From Eledone cirrhosa (Eukaryota): a DNA stretch of 64,000 nucleotides. The stretch covers positions 54,064,001 through 54,128,000 of the forward strand of contig OZ024745.1 of NCBI GenBank assembly GCA_964016885.1, in the 5' to 3' direction. A program made the translations under genes and the position numbers. Positions 54,691 through 64,000 of this stretch are shown here, one piece after another (within the stretch, counting starts at the first letter, position 1; every line of letters begins with the position of its first letter). Below the pieces are notes generated by a model. The model ran no database searches. It saw only the letters and a program-made list of their open reading frames with translations, and was not told where the DNA came from.

Positions 54691-56760
54691 TTATAAGAGA
54701 ATGATCAATCATCTATCCTTTATAGATAACATTATGTAGTCCGTTGTAAGAAACATTGCTATATGCATTATGCGGATCCAGTAAAGAAATTGATTTTAAA
54801 TTTATGTAACATGATATTAATGATTTTAATTAATTTTCAACTTTTCGAAGTTGTTTAACGTACTTTTGTTTAACGTATTTTTTTTTATATTGAATTCCCT
54901 CCCTGGTCATGTCTTTCCTACAAAACACAGAACGTCAACATAAACGGAACATTAACGGCATCAATATCGCAACTCTCAAAAGGCATGTGAAGGCCATAGC
55001 GCTGCTCTTTTCCCCAATATCTAACAAGTGTATAAGGAAGAAAATTCTGTCATTTTTTTCTTTTAATATGCAGTAAAGCATACATTTAAAACTAACTTAA
55101 TAAAATAAAAAAATAAAAAAATAAAAAAAACACAAAACATTTTTTGATTCAATCTTTTTCTGCCTAACCAGGATAGTTTTCCGTTGAAAGGAAAAGTGTA
55201 GAATACACAGTTCAAATCCACGGGGAAATTAAGGATATGTCAGAGTTTTATAACGATATAGAATATTTCATTTTAAAAATTGTGAAATCTTTATTGACGA
55301 AATGCAGTGAATATTTTTTACATCGTGTGAGGAAACCAGACACGGAAAGAACATAATATATACGATGAAATAAAATCAAATATTATGGATATAGGTCTTA
55401 AAAGTATTATAGACAAAGCGAAACCCATCAGAATCTGGGTTACCTGACTAACAAATCAAATGACATTCATTCAATTGTGGACTCTGGCTTGTTCAAACTA
55501 GGCACATCCAGCTACTATCTAACGTACTAATATCACTATAAGCACACGAGGGAGTTTCTACGTGATCACTAGACATGATAGAAATGATAGCTCTATTTCC
55601 CTTAAATCACCTCCCCAGCGTCTTAAAAAAGGACATGTTGGATAATAATTGTCGTTGTTTACTTACACATAGGGAAAAGGTTAGATGGTTACGGCTGAAA
55701 ACTAGATCTAGCCAATCATGCAACATTTCTTTCTTCATCCTCATCTTCCTCTTCTAGTAGTATTTACAAAATTACATAGTCTATTAAATCATTTGACTGG
55801 TAATTTATTTTATCGACACCAGAAGAATTAAAGGCGAATTTGACTTCATCACCACATAGAATTTGAATTTAGAGTATAAAGCAAATACGTAACTAAATTC
55901 ATTTGTTTTGCTTGTTACTCTAGTGATTCTGCCATTTCTCACCTTCAACGATATCAACTACAAAAAAACAAAAAAAAAAACAAAAAAAAAAACGAGCCAA
56001 ATAAGGAGCCTCTACGTTGGTTTTTGATCTATTAGAAATACCATTAAAATCTCCTTCAATTATATTTTACCAAATAATATATCATGTTAGGCAAAATCTG
56101 GGTTAGATATTGTCGGAACGTTAAAAAAAAAAGATGTGATGATTATGACAGGAATGCCTTTGCACATAGATTTGCTTGATCACGATTGATCTGGTATCAA
56201 TCAATAAAAATTTCAACTGCAGTAGCAACAACAGCAACAGTAGCAACAGAAGCGACAACAACAACAATAATAGTAGCAGCAGTAGCACCCTACAGTCTTA
56301 AAAAAGGAAAGACACATTTGCTAACAAAGTCCTAGATTATAGGAACAAACACGGTAGGGTCACGGCTGGAACGCCTTTGACCACGGGTTTGCTTAAAGAA
56401 AGCTGACCTGGGGCTAAACAACAACAAATCCAATAAGTATGATAATTGAAGCCACAAAATCCCCACTAACAACAACAACAACGAACAATACAATACCACA
56501 CTATTACATACTCAGATATCAAACCTAATTCGTTCCAGATTGGCGGTGTTGCGTTTCCTGTTTTATCATCAAAGGAATGGTGAAATTGTTTAGCCTAATT
56601 CTGTTGAATTGTGACCCCGAATGAACTTTGATCTTCACCCGCCACTATTCTTATCCTGATCTTTGTTCAATATTTGAGTCATGCCAAACACCACTGCATC
56701 TTTAATAGAGAAGTAAGCGACAACATATTTAAAGTAGTTGGTAATGAATATATATATATA

Positions 56761-57066
56761 GCAGCACTCCATCGGTTACGACGATGAGTATTCTAACTGA
56801 TACGCTCAACGGAACAGCTTTCTTGTGAAATTAACGTCTGAGCATTCCTCAAACACACGTACCCATAACATAGTTCTCAGAGAGATTAAGCGTGACACAG
56901 AATGTGACAAGGTAGGCTTTTCGAATTGTAGATTCACTCATTTTTGCCAGCTGAGTGAACTGGAGCAACATGTCTTGCTCAAGGTCACAGCGCGCCACCA
57001 AGAATCGAATCCACGACTTTACATTCTTGAGCCGAATACCCTAACCACAAAGCCACGCATCTCCAC
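56761..57066 (-). mobile_element. tRNA-derived SINE, family B head with a different tail
   Basis: CAGCTGAGTGAACTGGAGCAAC..TGTCTTGCTCAAGG core and CTAACCAC (box A on minus strand). Confidence 0.72.
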
Positions 57067-57611
57067 TAATGAATATATAAGTATGCACCGAATTGGCAGT
57101 GTGGTTAGAACATCATATTAAATGCCGTGCAGTAATTTATCCGGCTGCTCTCTGCGTTCCGAATTCAAATCACATCGAAATTAACTTTAACTTTCATCCT
57201 TTTAGTGTTGGTAAATAGAGTAACAGTCCAGAGTAGTGGGCCAGCTGAATTGTTGAAGTACCGGATGAGATGCTTTTCCCTATTTCACCTGGTATAATGC
57301 TATACCGTATCCTTTGGGTATAGTTTAGTGAAGTCTACTTTGTAACAAGCATTCGGACCAAGTCTCCGGTTTAAGGATATTTTCCTCCTTCCCTCTCACA
57401 AATGAAAAATGCCAGTTGCAGTCTTTTCCTCATTGACTAAATGACAAAAAATAGTTGCCTCATGTCAATGATTATAGTATTTTTGACAGTGTATTTAAAA
57501 AAGCTATCACGTAAAATATAGTAAGTACGATAATTTTAACGGATAGACACTAAATTTGTATCTAGGAGAGGCAAACGATGTTGAACGGAGCTTCGGTCAA
57601 TTATATATATA

Positions 57612-57802
57612 TAACTGTTTCTACTTTTTGGCACAAGGCCAGCAATTATCCAGTGCATTACTGGTACTTTATTTTATCGACACTGTAAGGATGAAAGGCA
57701 AAGTTAACCTCAGCGGGATTTGAACTCAGAATGGCAAGGGCGGTAAATCTATGCGTCAAAGCATGGCGTCCTACCCTCTACCGATACTGCCAATCCACCG
57801 CC
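57612..57802 (-). mobile_element. SINE family A
   Basis: Full-length match; ATTATATATATA on both flanks. Confidence 0.88.
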
Positions 57803-58824
57803 TATTATATATATAACAAAGGGGAAAAATCGAAATCAAATCAAAAGGAAGAAATGTAATTTTTTGAATGCAGTTGACGTACCAGAGTGCCAATTAATTA
57901 TTAGTTATATTTCAAGAGAACGTTTTAATCCTACGGAGGGTATTACACCACTAGAGATGATACAATGATATAATGCAGCCATAAAACTGACTGGTGTTAG
58001 AAAGGATATCCAGCCGTAGAAGACACAGGAAAAAAAAAGAAAAGAAAAAAAAAACAGAACGTATGAGCATGACACGGTTTTCTGACCCCTTCAAGACGGT
58101 AGTAAGATCAAATAAAAGCTGACAGGAATTGTGACGACCATGCAAGCGCTTGCCAGCACAGTAATCGGATATAAGATGATGATAAGGATGATTATGATGA
58201 TAGGGATGATGATGATAATGATTATAATGGTTAGGAAATGTAGTGAGAAGGACGATAATATTTCCACGCATAGCTGACTATCTGTCTGTATATTATATCT
58301 TATATCCAGCTCATTTTTTATGAGATTATTCTTTTATTTCTTTTCTAAATCCTCGTTCTGCAAAGTAACATGTTGAAAATGATGTAATTTGCTTCTATCA
58401 CAACAATATTCAGAAGTCTCGTATTGAACCATGAAATATGATAAAAGAACTTTTGATCATTTATAAAATCATACTCGTTCTCTCTCCCGCTTTTTGAACT
58501 TTTTCTCTCTTTCGCTTTTTCTCTCTTCCTCTTTTGCCTTCTCTCATTCTCTCTTGCTTTGACTGTTATAGAATAAATCATTGGATATTGAGGCCTTTGA
58601 CCACTAGGTCGATCCTAATCAAAAACATTATAGTCGTAACCCATCCTGCCATTTTAAGAACATGTAGGACAACGTAATCACATTCTCTCATTTCGTTTGT
58701 TAAATTTGCGACAGAGTGAATGAGATTAAACTTATACTTTTAGCATATTATGAAACCAATGGGAGGCTACCTATTCGATATTTCTGTTGATGAAGAATGA
58801 TTAGTTCGTGCATTCAGTCCACCA

Positions 58825-58903
<79 letters not shown>

Positions 58904-58906
<3 letters not shown>

Positions 58907-59090
58907 CGAAGGAAATGTGGTAAGGAGCGAGGTGGACCATAACGCACCAAAGTACTCAATACTTAGGGTAGTAGAGTGGGTAATAGGAACGAGTAGGACC
59001 CCAACGGCTGAGCTCAAGCCGTTTCGACGGCTAATTCTGGACTAAATTAGTCGAAACGGCTTGAGCTCAGCCGTCGGGGTCCTACTCGTT

Positions 59091-59094
<4 letters not shown>
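58904..59094. repeat. Family 1 repeat with fold-back palindrome in (TA)n
   Basis: TAGGAACGAGTAGGACCCC..CGTTTCGAC is inverted at GTCGAAACG..GGGGTCCTACTCGTTCCTA. Confidence 0.85.
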
Positions 59095-59163
<69 letters not shown>

Positions 59164-59290
59164 ACAATAGGTCGTTTTAAAAACTTCCTAACGCTCAACG
59201 GTTCTAAAAATGGGTTGTTTATATATGTACTGCCTGATTAATATAAGGCAAATATAAGGAAAAACTGTCAGTGGAGCTTTAGTTAAATTG

Positions 59291-59339
<49 letters not shown>

Positions 59340-59341
<2 letters not shown>

Positions 59342-59907
59342 GGGGTTGGACAATATAATGGAAAGACCTAGCATCATAGCATCATAATTTTGAAGTATCT
59401 ATAAAACCGTCAAAAGCTTGTTTATTTTTTATGTTTTTTGATTTATTATCAGTGTTGCTTAATATGTTTTGTTAAAATTGCTATTTCTTTTCAGATATCA
59501 TCAGAAAAAGGTAATTAAAATTCATTAAAATGACAGATCTATCGGAGTTTCAAAGGGGTCAAATTGTTGGTGTTGGTATGGCAGGTGCTAGCGTAACGAA
59601 AACACCCGAAATGTTTGGGGTATCAAGAAGTATTGTCTTGAAAGTAATGACAGCCTTTGAGAAAGAGGGAAAAACCTCCTCGTCGAAACAAAACTCCGGA
59701 AGAAAACCAAAACTTTCAGATAGGGACCCTTGGACTCTTACGCGAATTGTTAGAAAGGATCACAAAAATACAGCTCCCAAAATTACTGCAGAGCTTAATG
59801 ACCACCTCGAGAACAATAAAAATAAACAAGCTTTTGACGGTTTTATAGATATTTCAAAATTATGATGCTATGATGCTAGGTGTTTCCATTATTTTGTCCA
59901 ACCCCTG
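59340..59907 (+). mobile_element. Internally deleted Tc1-like transposon with ~90 bp TIRs
   Basis: TIRs CAGGGGTTGGACAA..AAGCTTGTTTATTTT at both ends; ORF 59530-59865 MTDLSEFQRGQIVG..SGRKPKLSDRD covers the paired-like HTH only, DDE domain missing. Confidence 0.92.
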
Positions 59908-59963
59908 TATGTACAAACACCCCCCCCCCCCACACACACACCCACATACACCCACACACACAC

Positions 59964-60056
<93 letters not shown>

Positions 60057-60176
60057 ACACACACATATATATATACTTATATATATTTTATCCTTATCGA
60101 GACCTCTTCACATTTATTATTATTACTATGTATATATAAATATATATATATATAAGTTTATCCCGGGCTCAATCGG

Positions 60177-60262
<86 letters not shown>

Positions 60263-60412
60263 ATGTCGAATCTGCTGTGCTGAGACCGGGGAGACTATTA
60301 ATTCTGTGAGTACTCGATACGTGGGGTGATGTAGTGTGGGTATTGAGAAACCTGTTGGCGCCGCAGTCGGGATTTTACATCTCTCTCTCTTTCTCTCTCT
60401 TTCACTCTATGT

Positions 60413-60511
<99 letters not shown>

Positions 60512-60539
60512 TATATATGTATATATATGTATATGTATA

Positions 60540-60571
<32 letters not shown>

Positions 60572-60590
60572 TATGCATATATATATATAA

Positions 60591-60649
<59 letters not shown>

Positions 60650-60783
60650 AAAGAATAGAGGTGTAACACACGAGTTGTGATATATTGGTAAAAGGAAAAG
60701 AAAATGCTGACAAATTTTTCCCAGTGAAAAATAGTTTAATTAAGAATAAGTAAAAATTAGTAATAAGTATCACCAACCTATCT

Positions 60784-62009
60784 GTGCTAGTCGACACACT
60801 TGACTCCACAAATGAGGAAACCGTCACCGGATACAAACCCTCCGAAATCGGCGATAAACTTCAAAACCTTTGCGATACTATCCAAACTATGTTCACTACT
60901 ACCAACCCAGGAAAAACCAACGAAGAACCATGTGAGATTGATTCATACAATATGAAAATTCGAACAATCCCAAAATGGAATAAATTCCTCAGAGACAGAA
61001 AGTTCTCCTTCTGGAAGATGATACAAAATCACAACAAAGCGGAGATATATGAAAAATGACTTAACTCAACCCCTCTAATTCTCCCCCGTAAAATACAAAT
61101 AAAGTCCATTCCAAATGAACCCGAACCTCAAAGACACCTTAGGGAAAGAATGGCATTGGAAAAAATGAAGACAGAAATTGAACTTCTTAAATTGAGGGCC
61201 CAGACAAATGAGGAAAAAATCAAAACCATCGATGAAGAGATCCTCCTGGAAATCAACAATAAGACTGAAGGCCCCAAGGTAGAGAATATCTCTAAATTAT
61301 GGAAAGGGGACTGCAACAGAGAAGAACTGAAATCCCTTCAACGCTGGGAAAAAAGGGCCGCTTGGTTCCTAAACTATGAATCGACTTTTCAAACGGATTA
61401 CACCTCCAATAACCCGTTCATAAAAATAGGAAAACCCATAACCGAACCGCACAACAACTTTGCAAACCCCCCAGCTACTAACAAAAGAAGAAGGAAGCAC
61501 CACACCGAAGATGAACTTCCCAACCTCGCTTCCATAAGAAGGAACAAAAACCCTAGAAATCATCACCCCCAGAATGACATTTACAACTTTCCCCCTTCAA
61601 GGAGACACCATACCAAATCACTCAACTACTACGCGGATGCCTCATCGTCATACATAGGGAAAAGATACCACCACCATGATAGATGTAATAACTTCCCCGC
61701 TACAAGGGGAGGCAAGGTAATTTCCATTTTCTCAACTCTCCCTTCCACAATACACAACAAACCCACACCACACGATACAACCAACAACGTAGGCCAGCTA
61801 TAACACCACAATCCAACATGGCACATAGAAACACACATCCATACTCGCAATACAGGAACACCCCATTCAATCCATAACCACGAACCCAAACCACATTTTA
61901 CAACAACAAGGAATATAACAAACACAGGAGACCACTTAACATCAGCAGACAACCCCTCTACCCCAAACATTTTTTAGACACAGCACACAGATACAGGCAA
62001 ACAAAATAA
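60784..62009 (+). pseudogene. PLE upstream ORF (helical/coiled-coil then N/Q/R-rich), disrupted
   Basis: 60784-61059 and 61150-61803 are in one frame with a single TGA between. A second frame 61692-62009 (one stop) ends KHFLDTAHRYRQTK*. Confidence 0.6.
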
Positions 62010-64000
62010 CACAAGACAGGGAGGAGAAACGGAGAGTAATAAAAATTATCAATCTAACTAGTGCAGAACCAACACCCAACCTTATCAACTTACTCTCCAA
62101 AGGTCTTAAATTCAGACCGACCCCACTACGTCCTAATTACTATGAAATGAAGGAAGACATCACAGACTTCTGTAGAAAGTTACGACTCAGTGAAGAACTA
62201 TTCGACCAGTACAATGAGGATAAATCATTAGCCAGAAATAGAAGCAACTACACCCCATCAAAAGGTAGAAATAAAATCCTGGACGAATTCTGTGAACACA
62301 TCATAAACTTCCCTTACCAACACTTGCACAGACAAAAACACAAGCCAAACCTCAACAAGAAAGAATGGGAAGTATTAAATAGATTAAAAACGGACAGAAC
62401 TATTACAATTGAAGAGGCTGATAAAGGGAGTAGAGTAGTCCTAATGGAGACAGAATTCTATATCAACATAGCGCTCTCCACTTTGGAAAACGAAACATAC
62501 TACGAAAAGGCTGAACACTACAATCAACAGAAAATTATGAGAAACCTAAAAACTCTGATCAACCAATACAAAGAAGGACTCACTAACAAGGAATTCAGCT
62601 TCCTCACAGACTTCACAAATAAATCCAGCCTTTCTACGGTATCCCTAAAGTACATAAAAGCGAATTAATAAGTAAGGCATGCAAGGAAGCCACAGACATA
62701 GTCATGAATGTCCCCTCACCCAATGATCTCAAATTAAGACCTATAATAGCAGGCGAAACCCGCTTGCGAAACCCACCGCCTTAGCAACTTCATTGATACC
62801 CTTCTCAAGCCTTTTCTCAAACACATCAAAAGCTATATAAGGGACGATCTAGATATGCTCAATCACCTCCCTAATATGCCCCTTTCTGAACAAACCCTAC
62901 TAGTGACGTTCGATGTAGTCAACCTATACTCCAACATCCCCCACAACCTAGGAATAGAAGCTATCCAATTCTGGCTGGATAATTACCACAATGAACTCCC
63001 ACAACGCATCAAAAAAGAATTCGTGATAGAGGGACTCAAATTTATCTTGGAGAACAATTACTTCGTTTTCAATAACAAATCCTACAGGCAGAAATCTGGG
63101 ACCGCTATGGGAACGAAAACAGCCCCACTTATGCCAACCTAGTCATGGGATACCTGGAAATCACCCTCTACACTAAAGTACTAAACAAATTTGGAAACAC
63201 TCTCCACTTACACATAGAAAAGAACTGGAAGCGATATCTAGATGACTGCTTCATCCTTTGGCACGAAAACATCGTGAAACTTAAAGAATTTCACGCCCTT
63301 ATAAATGGGCTCAACACGAATATTAACTTTACGATGGAATACAGCCATCAACAACTCCCTTTCCTCGACATCCTCATTAAGATTCATAACAAAAAATAGA
63401 AACAGACATATACTACAAGCCCACAGACTCCAAGCAATATCTTCCTTTCAACTCTTGCCACCCTAGACACGTTAAAATTAATATTCCCTACAACTTAGCC
63501 AAGAGAATCTGTACTATAGTCTCCAATAAAAACACCTGTTACTTACGGCTACAAGAACTAAAGGACACACTCATAGGCAGGGACTACCCTGCATCACTAA
63601 TTGACAATGGAATCCAACGTGCCCTAAAACTCAGTATCCAGGACCTTAGACACCCTAAAGTAAATCAACCGAAACTAAAAGCTCTTCCATACATCTCCAC
63701 ACACAACCCCCTCAGCAATGAGGCCTTTGACACCATCCCCCAGAACACCCCTGTGTTAAAAAAGGACCCTAGGATGAACCAAATCCTTCGAACACACGAC
63801 ATCATAAAGAGCAAAAGACAATCTAAGTCAATGAAAAACATCCTAACACATGCCAAAGTACTGCCAACCACAACAATGAAACCCACAGTAAAAAAATGCG
63901 ATAGACCCAACTGTGGTATATGCATCAACCTAATAGAGGGTTCAGAATTCTATTTCAAAGAAGTACAACGTTTTATAGTAAAACACAATTTCACATGCGC
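61970..64000 (+). pseudogene. Penelope-like reverse transcriptase with thumb and Cys-rich linker (GIY-YIG expected beyond window)
   Basis: LLSKGLKFRPTP, ADKGS, LRPIIAG, TFDVVNLYSNIP, GTAMGT, RYLDDCF, LPFLD, YYKPTD, SCHP, KCDRPNCGIC; several frameshifts and a stop. Confidence 0.93.

Larger units (their letters stand above)
60657..64000 (+). mobile_element. Penelope-like retroelement with upstream ORF, runs off window end
   Basis: PLE RT motifs downstream of a ~400-codon upstream reading frame; 5' boundary approximate (after the TA tract). Confidence 0.88.

Noticed and set aside
61057-61059. In-frame TGA as possible selenocysteine in a Naiad-like PLE
   Set aside because: Context EK*LN fits a mutated Trp codon; RT Cys positions are TGC/TGT; no SECIS can be assessed in this window.

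Overview
This is eukaryotic, AT-rich, repeat-dominated DNA with no host protein-coding gene I can support. The dense (TA)n/(CA)n/(CTA)n/(GAT)n microsatellites and tRNA-derived SINEs resemble octopus (cephalopod) intergenic or intronic DNA; that assignment is an inference. Two long decayed L1/Tx1-type LINEs (1-4988, 15218-19750) and a ~130 bp 3' stub of the same family (43746-43877) are present. The second and third sit inside (TATC)n arrays, suggesting a GATA-microsatellite-specific retrotransposon. There is a two-ORF Penelope-like element at 60657-64000 with a candidate -1 frameshift site, plus Neptune-type Penelope remnants. Several hammerhead-ribozyme motifs occur in Penelope-derived repeats: intact at 7649-7749 and 41045-41094, variant at 49787-49862 and 50166-50208, and half-ribozymes in fold-back palindromes. 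The rest is RTE and R4/Dong LINE fragments, mariner/Tc1/pogo relics, a non-autonomous Helitron, a MITE and many SINEs. Most ORF-track entries are microsatellite artefacts. All structures and alignments were read by eye; no searches were run.
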